A DNA stretch of 63,728 bases, the filler included, from Octopus bimaculoides (taxonomy: Eukaryota), in NCBI RefSeq assembly GCF_001194135.2. It is 9 parts of 8 records of this genome, joined end to end, with 100 filler letters (N's around TTAATTAATTAA, not from the genome) between each part and the next. Parts side by side here need not be neighbours in the genome. Positions count along the whole stretch, not along the records: positions 17,048 to 30,307 come from NC_068987.1; positions 30,408 to 35,840 come from NW_026438508.1; positions 35,941 to 49,246 come from NC_068989.1; 6 more parts are not named here. One strand, given 5' to 3'. The position numbers and the translations under genes are program-made. The notes under the pieces are model-generated. The model was not told where the DNA came from and made no database searches. It saw nothing but the letters and a program-made list of their open reading frames with translations. This document shows positions 24,390 through 37,814 of the stretch, in pieces. Every line of letters begins with the position of its first letter. Positions within the stretch are counted from its first letter, which is position 1.

Positions 24390-25510
24390 TTAGATAGGCT
24401 CCAGTGCTTGACTGCTTCTTTATTTTAACAACCTCCAAGAGGAATGGCAAAGTTTACTATGGTGGGACTTGGATTTACTTACTGAATCTAGAGGAAAGAG
24501 TATAAGACAAGACTCCACTATGCATTCTGAAACCGTTGAGATTAATGCAGTTAATGTGTCTTGGCAGATGCTGCTGGTGAACACCAGCAGTAAAGACATC
24601 AACGGAACTGAAGGATTGGGTACGAGTGTTAATGTTGCCAAAAGGAGATTTGGATGGACTAATGGTGACATGGATTAAGGATGACTTGATTTGGGGAAAT
24701 GAGTAGGTCACAAGTGACTGATTGGTGGTGGTAAGAACCCATTTAGGCGCAAGGAATAGAGACTATTATAGTAGCGATAGGAAACAGAGGGATTAGAGAA
24801 GACAGTTTGCCTATGAGTAAAAGACTTGACTTTGTCCTTTAGTGCTGGAGTACCACTCACTTAAGTAGTGCTTCTCTGGATACGGTCCAAGGTGTTAGCA
24901 TGCGAATCAGTCACATCATCCGTAGTTTAGGAGTAGTATTCCATTGCAGGTCGTAGACGTGACCACTGAAATATCTTCTGATGTTGACCACTGAAATATC
25001 TTTTGGGCTAACGAGAAGGGTAAGACTTTGGATTGCGACCCTAAATACTCTAAGGATATGCATTCGCAACAATTCGTCCTTGATAATGTGACACAGTGTT
25101 TGGGAGCTTGCTGGGTGCTGCTCATTTATAGGGAAGGTGTGGTATAGTGGTGTTTTCTTAACAAGTGTAGTGCTCGAAGGTTTTTTTTGCTGGTAAAAGA
25201 AATAAGGCTGGTACGGAAAAGCTAGAGCATGCTCTGAAGTTCGTTTTTGGAGTTAATCTTGATTGGGCATGTGTCATCTAAATTACGTGCGGTTGATGCA
25301 TGGTAGAGGAAGTTTAGGGAGAAATAGAAAGTCGACTCATTTTCACAAAAATTGAGTGTTTTGAGTGTGACTGCAGGTACATGATTTGTGTATAGAAAGA
25401 ATTGTGTGGTACAGAACTGAATCCTAAGGAACACCAGAGTTCATTGATTGTGGGGCAGTATTGCAGTCTCACAGGGAACTACTGATAGAAAAGCATTGAG
25501 CAGAGAAGCC
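24390..25510 (-). mobile_element. Highly degenerate CR1/L2-group LINE, RT C-terminal fragment
   Basis: Minus strand: SMNSGVP*DSVL (GVPQGSVL motif) and RLRPAMEYYS*...NTLDRIQR...SFTHRQTVFS...YRYYN (RPxMEY...LDRIQ...HRR pattern). There is a 25-bp-period tandem duplication at 24961-25002. Confidence 0.7.
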
Positions 25511-28309
25511 AGACATATTTGCTTTGAATCGCATAGCACGCGCTCACCCCGGCTGGTCAACGATTTTATCGTGGCTTAATTACCAAGGGATATCTGTGTC
25601 ACTCCATCTCAGCGAACAGTTTGCATTTGTTTTGTTCACCAATGTCTGCGTTGAAAAGTCAAACTTCGAGTTTTGTTAGCCCTCCCCATACTTAGCTCAG
25701 TTGTGATATCTTTTCTAATTGTCTCATCTTGCTTACTAAATATTTATCACTGATATTTTACAGGGTAACAAGACCATAAATCTGTGAGTCAGTTTAGTCG
25801 AATAAGTTGAAGATAGTACTTGACTGATATTTTCTTTTAAGGTGATAAATTCCTTCATGTAATACTCAGATGACTATCTCCCCTCTTCCAACTAACTACA
25901 TATTGTAAGCCTGACTTTTATAACCTATACGGACCATTGGACTATATAATCATTCGTTTTCTACTGATGTATTTACGAATACTAGCATTAATTTCTATTT
26001 TATCCATTCTATCTTTAAAACCTCTATTTTGATGTAACATTGTAATAACCGGCAATACGATTAAGCAATTCCCCATTACAGGATAAACTAGACATTCACT
26101 TAGCGATGTTACTATCTAAATTAATTAGGATTTTATGGAATAGTTGGAATGTATATTTATTTACGGCAACTGTCCTTAGATTTACTAAAAGTGTTTAGCA
26201 GTATTTAAGTCTAAATTTATAACCAAGGCATTCCATATACTTAGATTCCTATCAACTGTAATATTTATATGAAATTCTCCGAATAGATTGATAAACTCCT
26301 TAAAGATTGAATAATGCAGTGAAGAATCTCTTTCAAATTAAATTTAGAACACGCATTTCTTAAGGTTAGCAAACTTTAACACCCATCGTATGATCCTATT
26401 TTTACATGCAACAATATTTACATAAAAATCAGAAATTATATGTAAAATATCAAGGAGTTACTAGAATTCAAAATAGCCTTAATCTCACAACCAGCAACTC
26501 GAATGAAATATATTCCGAAATTTCCCGGAGAAGAGATTTGATTTAAAGGATTAGGAACATATTGTGCCGTACTGTATACTTTTAGAAAGATGATTATTGC
26601 TTATATTATCGAAGAAATTGACTGAAAGAGTGATTTTCAATAAAATAAGGGACCATTTTCTTTTCCTATAAAAAAAAATGATGGAAATTACAATATATTT
26701 ACAGACTAATCATATTTTACTTTGGCTCAATCACATATATTAATCTACATTTGTGAATGGCAAGGAAACACGTTATCTTTGTGATCTTTGAGTGAATGTA
26801 ATGTTTTCATTGATTGTTCTTAATCAGATAAATATTCGATTTCCTAGGTAATGCAGTAGAATTTTAATGTGACAAATGTCCAGTAATACATAAAACCGTT
26901 ATTTTAGCGCGTTCGAACAGCTTTGTGGCGTATGCTTTATGACCAAAGCCTATTGTAGTATTCATACAGTGCCAAGTGCTGAGAGTGTAAGTTTATATTT
27001 GTAAATAAAATATTGCAGTATCCTGTTGTTAGTATCACATTCTCAGTGCCTTGTTAAAGTTGCCAGTTAAAAAAATATTTAGAAATAAGTGCAAGAAAGA
27101 ACACAGTTCGCGCTGTTAATCTAATTCTGAACTAAATAAAATTGGTAATATAATCGATTTCACATTTTATTGATAAGTGACCTCAATCAAATAGAATCAA
27201 AGGAGAAAATTATTAAATTAACATACGTAAGCTAAAAGTTTAGATCGAAAAAAAAATAATAAAAAATAAGCTGAAGCATATATATTTTCGAAATGCATTC
27301 TAAAATTTGGAAGTTGTAATAATCATAGTTTAACGGTACTTTTCTGAATATATTTATCGATATTTTTATAGCAGATTTACCATTGGATATGAGTGGAAGA
27401 TGTTTCAATATTTTTATTTCCATTGAAAGTATTTGTAAAAAAAACCCTCCCTTTGTATTGTGCTTTTAATAATGATTTATTAAATTAATATAAGCGGTTT
27501 CATCCGAAAAACGAGTCAAATCAGGATTAGTACCCAACATCGAAAACATTCGTACTGTCAGAAAAAAAAAAACATAAAAAAAAACAAAAAGAAAAAAACA
27601 AAAAAGAATTACATATTTTCCACATTTGTTATTTTCTTATTACGTTATAATGAATGTCTTACTAGTGTGAAAACATACACAAGTGACTATAATTTATAGA
27701 CAAAAATGTACCCTTATTGATTGAAAGAAACCATAACGCTTATGTCCATGTTTCGAAAGAAAAACTCACTGAAGTTGTAAATGGCTCCGAGCGTTTGGGT
27801 TTAGATATTAGATTTTATTTTATTCTTTCTAGAATCTTCCTCTTGCCCTTACAAGGCTGAATACGGTGCACAAAATCGCGTGAACAGCAGGCCCGACACT
27901 ATGGGGAAGGAGGCATCTGTATTTGCGCAACTTTCTCCAAGTTTATCTTCTACCTTCAGCAAAAGCATATATTTCGTGTACACTGGCCTATATAAGCATC
28001 CTTGATATCAGTGCTACCACTGGAGACTATCATTATAACAATAGGCTTCAATCAGGTTAAAAAGGGAGAAAAATCAGAAATATGGGCAGAAACATATAGT
28101 AGAACACAAGATTCAGCACTGAACAAATAACAAACCCAAAACATATGTTGACATTGGACTTTATTTCTGGTATATTCCACCTACAAAATACGTAGAAAAT
28201 ATGATATCGAAATGACACATCGCAAAAAAAAAAGAAAAAAAAAGAAATAAGGTTTTCCTGGTGGTTTTCAGCGAAAAAAAAAAAATCATTATTTTTAAAG
28301 GTCAGAGTA

Positions 28310-28514
28310 GGTCGGTGAGGTGGCAGAATCGTTAGCACGCTGGCTGAAGTGCTTACCGGTATTTCGCCCGAGTTCAAATTAGTCCGAGGTAGAGTTTACC
28401 TTTTATCTTTTCGGGGTCGATAAATTAAATACCATTTGAGTACTGGGGTCGATGTAATCGACTATCCTCTTCCCCCAAATTTCAGGCTTTGTTCCTATAA
28501 TAGAAATGATTATT
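28310..28514 (+). mobile_element. SINE family A, near full length
   Basis: ggtcggtgaggtggcagaatcgttagcacgc...gagttcaaattag (B-box-like)...cggggtcgataaattaaatacc...tactggggtcgatgtaatcgact...aatttcaggctttgttcctataatagaaatgattatt. Confidence 0.88.
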
Positions 28515-30842
28515 AAAGTTCAGAACACAAATACCGAAGTTGGATGATAATTGTTGTTGTACTGATTCCTGGAAAATAGTTTCTTTTATTACCTGTCTTG
28601 TAGGTTTCTCTTTCTTTCAGGGAGAAAAACCAAAATTCAACCATAACATCAAACGTTTCTCTAAGTACAGAACTAAAATATACAGGTTGCCTGAGTATTA
28701 AAAACAAATGCACCACACAAGAACTCTTCACCTAGCTTGGAATCAGTTGCAAAAGAGTTTGCAAAGTTTAAATGAGACAGAAGTGATTTTTACAAAGAAA
28801 TCAGGAACAAGACGGAGAAGCGGTGGAATAAACCAATGAGAACATTTAATGAGCTATATTCACTTTTTTCTTGCTACCCATGTTGCTTTTCGTTGTATTG
28901 GTAGCATTCGGAAAGAGAAGGTTTTGAGGACTGTCTTCGGAGAACTGCATTCTCGGGACAAATAACTTCTATAATTGCTCCTTTGGATTGATTTTGAATA
29001 ATTTTCTTCACATGACAGCTGTCTGCACGATTATTAATCCCCATCAATTATAATAATACACGTTCAATCATTGTAATTAAAAATTATGCAATTATCAATT
29101 ATTGTAATTGTAAACTATTGTATTTATGTAAAGCCCACAATTTATTGTTTCAATGGTATAATTATTGAAACGTAAAAATAGAAATTTGATTACTGGATAC
29201 TTCTTATTGTATAAGAAAAATCTCGAGGAAAAATTCTAATTTGTTTTATTAGTGTTTATTGTTCTCTATTTTGGGGAAAATGTTTTGAGTTAATAGTCAG
29301 GAAATTATTCAGGAAGGAGTTAAGCTCATGAAACTCTTAAGCTGACAGTAGCAGTTTCTATGCGAACATGATGCAAAGTTAAAAACTCATGAGCAAATAA
29401 GGATCGGCTTCAGGTTCACTATCACACAGGACTTTTTCAAATGAAATTAATCTGTAAATGCCAAATAGAGCTATCAATCACAGAATTTGGATAAAGTAAG
29501 ATCTCTAAATATATTTTAGCCTCCGTTCGTGCAATAATGTATTTTATCCATGTGATGTAAAAGACGTTCATTAACCGTCATTTGGCCAAGAATATTTTAA
29601 AGTCCGCAGTTGAAAGAGAAATTACCAGGCCTGGTTATCGGGTAGGCAGTACGTGACTCTATTCCAGATAGTCATAGACGCAGTAAGGATAACGCTACTA
29701 TCAATAACTCTACCAAGTAGTATTATCTCTACCAGTATCTATTTGCTATCTACCAATGTGCGCTTAAACTCCATACAGCTGTCAGTCTTTAAATTTAGGT
29801 TGAACTGCTGCAAAGTTCCACTGATGGAGCAAAGTAAACAGTTTATATTTTGATTTATGCTGCTCCTTAAGCACAAAACTGTTCTCAGAAGAACTTGTTG
29901 GCAAATAAACCAACACATCGTCAGGTTATAGTTTGCATTCTCCAAGGGAGAATTATAAGATTATTTGCTGTTCGTGTTGCTGAAATTCAACTTCTAATGC
30001 AAAAAAGAAAAAAAAGCCCCAAAAAGAAAAAAAAAACCAGTTTTTTTTGTTCACACAAATTCTTGTTATTGGAGTCAGTAATATAATGGAATACGTTAAT
30101 GTTCATTTGATTTCCATGCCATTATTGTGGCTAAAGGAAACCTGATTAACAGGCATGTAATGTTGTAATGAATGTTGAGTCAAAGGTATACATGTGTGAG
30201 TACATACATATTTACAAATTCATACATGTGCATGTACGTAGGTATTCTTTTATTTATTCTCTCATATGTTTCAGCATTGAGGTTGTGGCCATGCTGGGGC
30301 ACCACCANNNNNNNNNNNNNNNNNNNNNNNNNNNNNNNNNNNNNNNNNNNNTTAATTAATTAANNNNNNNNNNNNNNNNNNNNNNNNNNNNNNNNNNNNN
30401 NNNNNNNACATATATATATACATATATATGTGTGTACGTGCGTATGTGTGTGTACATTATGTATGTACGCATGCATACATAGACACAATGAAAAGCATAT
30501 ACACTTGTGTGCACAGATGAAATACACATACATACACACGTACATACACCTGTACAGTGACATTTATAAAGATTTATGCACAAAAGACTCACTGGATATT
30601 CTCGTATAAAATTTACATATAATTGTATAAAACACACACACACACACACACACACAAATACACACACACACACATGCACCCACACATACACACACAAAAA
30701 TATTTATATACAAAAGTATTTACTCAATACATTAGTATATAATTCTGAAGTTTGTTTTATCTATTCAACTATTTCACTCCGTTGTCATCGGTCATCACAA
30801 CGCACTTACACGCGTGTGTACGTGTGTTTGTATATGCTTATC

Positions 30843-30843
<1 letters not shown>

Positions 30844-30900
<57 letters not shown>

Positions 30901-30935
30901 GTAGTAGTAATAGTAATAATAATAATAATAATAAC
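30844..30935. repeat. (AAT)n microsatellite with (AGT) interruptions
   Basis: Read directly. Confidence 0.95.
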
Positions 30936-31354
30936 AAGTGACAACAAAAGAACGAGACTTCGATATTAGATAAATAGAGGATTATTTATATACGTTATGA
31001 TTTAGAATAAACAGTAAAAGGCTGTCGTTATAGTACTCGGAGTTTCGAATGTCGGAGCGAAGAGCTACGATGCATACTCGTCGGCTATTAACGGCAATAG
31101 ACGCTATGAAAAAACTATTGAATAAAATGAAAGTTACACTAATAGGTAGCAAAAGAAAAAAGAAAGAAAAAGAAGAAACAAGCAACTCTATTCTCACAAT
31201 ACATGGACATAAACCTCCTGCGTTCATAACGTCTACATACGGACACACTCAAAGAAACATGTGTGTGTACATGCACATACACGCAAACATATAAGTACAT
31301 GGACGTACTCATACATATACACATATCCACACATACACACACACATGTATATAA

Positions 31355-31386
<32 letters not shown>

Positions 31387-31530
31387 ATATGTGTACACAA
31401 CTTTATCCTCTTATACAGCTCTTGGACGCTTCATCTCAAACACATCTAGTCGCCTCCTTTCCGCCTCTCTCAGACCCCGCGTCTCTGCACCACACATATA
31501 TATATGTGTACATCGACATACATATATACA

Positions 31531-32037
31531 CAGGGTGTCCCAAAAGGATGTACTGACTCTCTGACAGACAGTTACTAATGTATTGTTGTTTGTGATGTAC
31601 GGGCTTACCTCGATGCAACAAATCCAGACAGTAGCGTTGAATTTCCTGCACGTTCCCCAGACCTCACGCTAATAGATTTTTTTTTTTATGGGGACATCTG
31701 AAAGATAAGGTTTACGCTGCAAAACCTGTGACAATTGATGATTTAAAAAATGAAATTCGAAATACAATGTCTTGCAATTCCAAATGAAATGTTTGGCAAT
31801 GTTGTCGAATCCATTGTTGGACGTTATTAGCTTTGTTTGGAAAATGAAGGAAGGCAGTTGAACATTTGCGAACACGCAAGAATGAGAGATAACATTAAAT
31901 AATTCTACAACAATTTATTTTCCTGAATTTAATTTAACTTTATAGGATTGTATGTATATCAATAAACATCTACCTGAACACAAAATGCATGAGTACTGGG
32001 AAGTCAAAGAGTGAGTACATCTTTTTGGGACACCCTG
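31531..32037 (+). mobile_element. 507-bp internally deleted DD41D (rosa-like) Tc1/mariner derivative with ~35-bp TIRs
   Basis: TIRs cagggtgtcccaaaaggatgtactgactctctgac / gtcaaagagtgagtacatctttttgggacaccctg. The interior encodes VRAYLDAT...EFPARSPDLTLIDFF.WGHLKDKVYAAKPVTIDDLKNEI...LCLENEG. Confidence 0.9.
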
Positions 32038-32885
32038 TNNNNNNNNNNNNNNNNNNNNNNNNNNNNNNNNNNNNNNNNNNNNNNNNNNNNNNNNNNNNNN
32101 NNNNNNNNNNNNNNNNNNNNNNNNNNNNNNNNNNNNNNNNNNNNNNNNNNNNNNNNNNNNNNNNNNNNNNNNNNNNNNNNNNNNNNNNNNNNNNNNNNNN
32201 NNNNNNNNNNNNNNNNNNNNNNNNNNNNNNNNNNNNNNNNNNNNNNNNNNNNNNNNNNNNNNNNNNNNNNNNNNNNNNNNNNNNNNNNNNNNNNNNNNNN
32301 NNNNNNNNNNNNNNNNNNNNNNNNNNNNNNNNNNNNNNNNNNNNNNNNNNNNNNNNNNNNNNNNNNNNNNNNNNNNNNNNNNNNNNNNNNNNNNNNNNNN
32401 NNNNNNNNNNNNNNNNNNNNNNNNNNNNNNNNNNNNNNNNNNNNNNNNNNNNNNNNNNNNNNNNNNNNNNNNNNNNNNNNNNNNNNNNNNNNNNNNNNNN
32501 NNNNNNNNNNNNNNNNNNNNNNNNNNNNNNNNNNNNNNNNNNNNNNNNNNNNNNNNNNNNNNNNNNNNNNNNNNNNNNNNNNNNNNNNNNNNNNNNNNNN
32601 NNNNNNNNNNNNNNNNNNNNNNNNNNNNNNNNNNNNNNNNNNNNNNNNNNNNNNNNNNNNNNNNNNNNNNNNNNNNNNNNNNNNNNNNNNNNNNNNNNNN
32701 NNNNNNNNNNNNNNNNNNNNNNNNNNNNNNNNNNNNNNNNNNNNNNNNNNNNNNNNNNNNNNNNNNNNNNNNNNNNNNNNNNNNNNNNNNNNNNNNNNNN
32801 NNNNNNNNNNNNNNNNNNNNNNNNNNNNNNNNNNNNNNNNNNNNNNNNNNNNNNNNNNNNNNNNNNNNNNNNNNNNNNNNNNNNN

Positions 32886-32921
<36 letters not shown>

Positions 32922-33023
32922 TTATATTATTATACATGCTCAGTTTGAAACTGGATGACTCGACAAACTTAGTAAATGGTGTTATTTTGTATTGTTGTCA
33001 TTGTTCTTATTGACCTCGTTTGA

Positions 33024-33875
33024 CCCCAGGCCAGTCCTGATCAGGTAAAACTGTGATCAAAAATGTTCCATTTGTGACCATTCAGACTTAGTGTATCTAG
33101 GCTTATTCTGTTTAAAGTATCGTTCTATCTTGTAGTTGTTCAGCCCAAGGTCAGTCTTGGTCCAACAGACCTATGATCAAAGATGTTCCTGTTGTTGACC
33201 ATCCTGTCTTTTATCCAGACATAGTATATCTAGGACTACATTATCCAATGTGTCCTTCCTTGTTGTTGCTGTTGTTGTTGTTTAGCCCCAGGTCAGTCCT
33301 GATCCAGAAGACCTGTGATCAAAGGTGTTCCAACTGTGACCATCCTGTCTTTTATTCAAACACAGTGCATCTCCGACTACATTATCTAATGTGTTTTTAG
33401 CCCCCGGTCAGTCCTGATCAGGACTGACCGATGATCAAAGATGTTCCAACCGTGACCATCCTGTCTTTTATTCAGATATAGTGTATCTAGGACTACATTA
33501 TCTAATATGTCTTTCCTTGTTGTTTAGCCACAGGTCGGACCTGATCCAGACCGACCTATGATCAAAGATGCTCCAGTTGTGACCATCCTGTCTTTTATTC
33601 AGACATAGTGTATCTAGGACTACATTATCTAATGTGCCCTTCCTTGTCGCTGCTGTAGTTGTTTAGCCCCAGGTCAGCCTTAATCAAGCAGACCTATGAT
33701 CATAGATATTCCAGATGTGACCATCCCCTCTGTTATTCAGACACAGTGTATCTAGGACTACATTATCTCTAATGTGTCCATCTTAATTATTTTTTTTCTT
33801 CTTTAACCCCACAAGGCAGCCTTTATCCAGTACAACAGAGCTACCAGCAAAGATGTTCTCACCGTGACCACCCCT
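33024..33875. repeat. Tandem array, about 7 units of 115-142 bp
   Basis: Units start at about 33024, 33144, 33286, 33401, 33528, 33667 and 33807. Core: ccccaggtcagtcctgatc...gacctatgatcaaagatgttcca.ttgtgaccatcctgtcttttattcagacatagtgtatctaggactacattatctaatgtg. Confidence 0.95.
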
Positions 33876-33971
33876 CACGTAAGAAGGCTAAGGCGTGGTT
33901 CTCAGTCGTCTACGCTGTTGTCATCGCTGGCCTTGCCTTTGTTCTTGTCGACGTGAGTTGTTTCGGGTGCA

Positions 33972-33987
33972 AAGTAGTAGTAGCAGC

Positions 33988-34040
<53 letters not shown>
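33972..34040. repeat. (TAG)n microsatellite preceding a gap
   Basis: Read directly. Confidence 0.93.
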
Positions 34041-34044
<4 letters not shown>

Positions 34045-34987
34045 TATTTTTGCNNNNNNNNNNNNNNNNNNNNNNNNNNNNNNNNNNNNNNNNNNNNNNN
34101 NNNNNNNNNNNNNNNNNNNNNNNNNNNNNNNNNNNNNNNNNNNNNNNNNNNNNNNNNNNNNNNNNNNNNNNNNNNNNNNNNNNNNNNNNNNNNNNNNNNN
34201 NNNNNNNNNNNNNNNNNNNNNNNNNNNNNNNNNNNNNNNNNNNNNNNNNNNNNNNNNNNNNNNNNNNNNNNNNNNNNNNNNNNNNNNNNNNNNNNNNNNN
34301 NNNNNNNNNNNNNNNNNNNNNNNNNNNNNNNNNNNNNNNNNNNNNNNNNNNNNNNNNNNNNNNNNNNNNNNNNNNNNNNNNNNNNNNNNNNNNNNNNNNN
34401 NNNNNNNNNNNNNNNNNNNNNNNNNNNNNNNNNNNNNNNNNNNNNNNNNNNNNNNNNNNNNNNNNNNNNNNNNNNNNNNNNNNNNNNNNNNNNNNNNNNN
34501 NNNNNNNNNNNNNNNNNNNNNNNNNNNNNNNNNNNNNNNNNNNNNNNNNNNNNNNNNNNNNNNNNNNNNNNNNNNNNNNNNNNNNNNNNNNNNNNNNNNN
34601 NNNNNNNNNNNNNNNNNNNNNNNNNNNNNNNNNNNNNNNNNNNNNNNNNNNNNNNNNNNNNNNNNNNNNNNNNNNNNNNNNNNNNNNNNNNNNNNNNNNN
34701 NNNNNNNNNNNNNNNNNNNNNNNNNNNNNNNNNNNNNNNNNNNNNNNNNNNNNNNNNNNNNNNNNNNNNNNNNNNNNNNNNNNNNNNNNNNNNNNNNNNN
34801 NNNNNNNNNNNNNNNNNNNNNNNNNNNNNNNNNNNNNNNNNNNNNNNNNNNNNNNNNNNNNNNNNNNNNNNNNNNNNNNNNNNNNNNNNNNNNNNNNNNN
34901 NNNNNNNNNNNNNNNNNNNNNNNNNNNNNNNNNNNNNNNNNNNNNNNNNNNNNNNNNNNNNNNNNNNNNNNNNNNNNNNNNNNNNNN

Positions 34988-35374
34988 GTCTTAATTGAGA
35001 AAGAACACAAACTATGCTGGATCGTAGATATATCATGCCCAGATGACAACAAGGTATGCGATAAGGAAGAAAGAAAAGTCGATAGATATGACAGGTTAGC
35101 TTGGGAAGTTAAGCAGTTGTGGTCGACGAAAAAGGTAGCAGTAGTACCAATGATTGTAGGAGCCTTTGGGAACAGTGAGCAAAAATCTCGAGAAGTACAT
35201 GGAACAAATAGGGGCTGCAATAAGGGTGGAGCACTTGCAGAAGACAGCACTGCTTGGAACTGCTTGAATACTTCGGATGGTGCTCGAAAAATAAGGGGTG
35301 CTACCTTAGTTCACTGGTAGTGAACAGCTGACACCGTAGTACATCTCCAGCATTAGAAGCTGTGCAAAGACAAT
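34988..35374 (+). mobile_element. Second R4/Dong-type LINE copy, 3' end (REL endonuclease region); 5' part lies in the gap
   Basis: VLIEKEHKLCWIVDISCPDDNKVCDKEERKVDRYDRLAWEVKQLWSTKKVAVVPMIVG; nucleotide match to about 6080-6429. Confidence 0.9.
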
Positions 35375-35378
35375 GATA

Positions 35379-35470
<92 letters not shown>
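35375..35470. repeat. (GAT)n-(AAT)n tract directly after the LINE 3' end
   Basis: Read directly. Confidence 0.95.
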
Positions 35471-35471
<1 letters not shown>

Positions 35472-35548
35472 TATATGTATATGTATATGTATGTATATAT
35501 ACATATGTGTGTGTGTGTATTTATGTGTGTGTGTGTTTTGTGTCTGAG

Positions 35549-35752
35549 TCTGTCCTGCCATCATCGCTTGACAACCGATGTTGGTGTGTTTATGTCCCCA
35601 AAACTTCTCGGTTCGGTAAAATAGATCGATATGATAAGTACTAGGCTTACAAAAAAAAGTCCTGGTGGGGGGGGTCGATTCATTCGACTAAAGGCGGTAC
35701 TCCAGCCTGGCCGCAGTCAAATGACAGAAACGTGCAAAACAGTAAAAGAGTA
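35549..35752 (+). mobile_element. SINE family B, 3' half
   Basis: catcgcttgacaaccgatgttggtgtgtttatgtcccc...taagtactaggcttaca...cgactaaaggcggtactccagcctggccgcagtcaaatgacagaaac. Confidence 0.85.
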
Positions 35753-35940
35753 TTATAGGCACAAGGCCTGAAATTGTGGTGGTGGTGGGGGGAGGGGGGA
35801 GAAGGGCATTAGTCGGTCATATCGACACCAGTATGCAACTNNNNNNNNNNNNNNNNNNNNNNNNNNNNNNNNNNNNNNNNNNNNTTAATTAATTAANNNN
35901 NNNNNNNNNNNNNNNNNNNNNNNNNNNNNNNNNNNNNNNN

Positions 35941-35971
<31 letters not shown>

Positions 35972-36269
35972 ACTGTAAGTTCCAAGGATCGAAGTGTAGG
36001 AAAAAAGTGAGATTCAAACAATCCGTAGAAAATATTTTAAAAAACTTTCAGGAATAATATTGCTTTATTGGTGTGGAAGGTTGTGAATTTTTCCCATATC
36101 GAAGTTAGATAAGCTGAATAAATTATTCTATAGTTCACTTTTGGCAGCCAGGGTTGCAGGATATGCGAATAAAAATCTAAAAGTTAAGAAATAGAGTAGA
36201 TAAAATCCTGGCTACATATATTTCATAGCGAGCGGATCTTCGGAAGTAGTAAATATCCTAGTGAGGTGT

Positions 36270-37407
36270 ATACTACAGGCTACTCTTGATTATATGAAGA
36301 TTATTTTGTCGTTTGGAGGCTCATGTTAACACGCGGAAGATGGTGTGAAGCAGGGGTATGTGCTTGCTCCAGCATTCTTCTCTCTATAACTCGCAACTGT
36401 GTTTGTCACCATGAGGGTCGATCTGCACACGATTTCACAGGGAGCTGTTCTACGTATTCGACTCAGCGCTCACAGCCAATAACATTGAGGACATGCATAT
36501 TGTGGACCATTTTTCTTGTGCAGCAGATATGTTTACTCTCCAAATCAAGACTTCAAAAACCTGAGCTGCTCTGTCAGCCTCCAAGAAGATGTTGTAATAT
36601 ATGGAGAGAGCCCCCCAGTCATTGACTGTAAATGGAGAGCCCCTAAAGTACGCCGATGCCTCTGCCTATCTCGGCAGCTCAGTGACTTATACTAATTCTT
36701 CTGACCTCGAGTTTGAGAGGCAAATACAGTGTGTCAGAAAGGCTTTTGGATCTTTCGAAAAACATCTATGGAGTTGCTAAGAATCCTCGCTGGGAAGAGT
36801 AAAGTTATTAAAATTGATGGAGAAATTCAAAGTAATGCTTTGAATAAATGGTAGAAAGTTTGCTATATCTGCAGGAGATGTAGATTGCCAAGAAAAAGAC
36901 AAAGGTGTACTGTGCTACGGTGCCCCCTCCACTCCTCTATGCCACAGAAGGTATGACCCTTACAGCAGGCGCACTGGTATAGTTAGTGTGGGGGCCCATA
37001 GTACCACATCACAGCTGCGCTTGACAGGGCATGTTGGCAAGCTCTCACAGGCAATTTATTTTTTTCATGCTGAACTACAGCAGCAGGGGCTATAGTGGCC
37101 AGAGGTTGCATATAAGGATGTGCTGAAGAGATAAATGAAAAGCTCTGCTATCTCCCCAGACACATGGGAGAAGGAGGCTCTGTCGTGTGATAAATGGCAC
37201 CGATCGCTGAAGCTCTTAATTCTAGTCATTAAGGAGAAACAAGAGAGGGAACTCGAAAGATGTCATGCGAAGCGTCGCTAATCTGTTGTGTCAATTATCT
37301 TCACCTGCAGCAGATATCATTGCTGCTGCAGATCAAAAGCAGGCCATGTAGATTACTGAACAACAAACAGTCAACGTCGACCGACGATAGACAGCCGAAG
37401 AAGAAGA
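36270..37407 (+). mobile_element. Degenerate RTE-clade LINE, 3' part
   Basis: GVKQGYVLAP at 36342-36371 (RTE GVKQGCVLAP motif); KAFGSFEKHLW; TKVYCATV; GHVGKL; PDTWEKEAL. It ends cgtcgaccgacgatagacagccgaagaagaaga, with a (GAA)n tail as seen in RTE elements. Confidence 0.82.
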
Positions 37408-37513
37408 TATACGCGTATATGCATAGTTACTGTGATAGTTCTATTGTTAGTTGATACTTTATTTCAAAATTATTTAGTTAGTTGCATTATTAGTTAGATA
37501 GATAAATGGACAA

Positions 37514-37514
<1 letters not shown>

Positions 37515-37591
<77 letters not shown>

Positions 37592-37751
37592 GGATAGTTA
37601 AAAAGTGGAAGAGAGAGAGATGGATTGTTTGATTGATTTATTGATTGTTAAATGGATGCATCGATCGATAGATTAATAGATAGACAATATAATTAGGTAT
37701 GGCGATAGATGGCTACAGAGAGAGATAGAGAGAGTGTAAGAGGGAGTCAGG

Positions 37752-37814
<63 letters not shown>

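Noticed and set aside
27833-28030. Exon after a strong acceptor (ttttattctttctag)
   Set aside because: There is no good donor, two frames stop early, and the open frame gives no recognisable peptide.
33024-33875. CRISPR-like regular array
   Set aside because: Whole units are homologous with no unique spacers, there are no cas genes, and the context is eukaryotic.
33895-35320. ORFs of 250-455 aa here and at 11314, 31915, 49648, 52518, 58455 and 59586
   Set aside because: They read through N gaps and simple repeats; only the LINE-derived tail of 33953..35320 is real coding-derived sequence.
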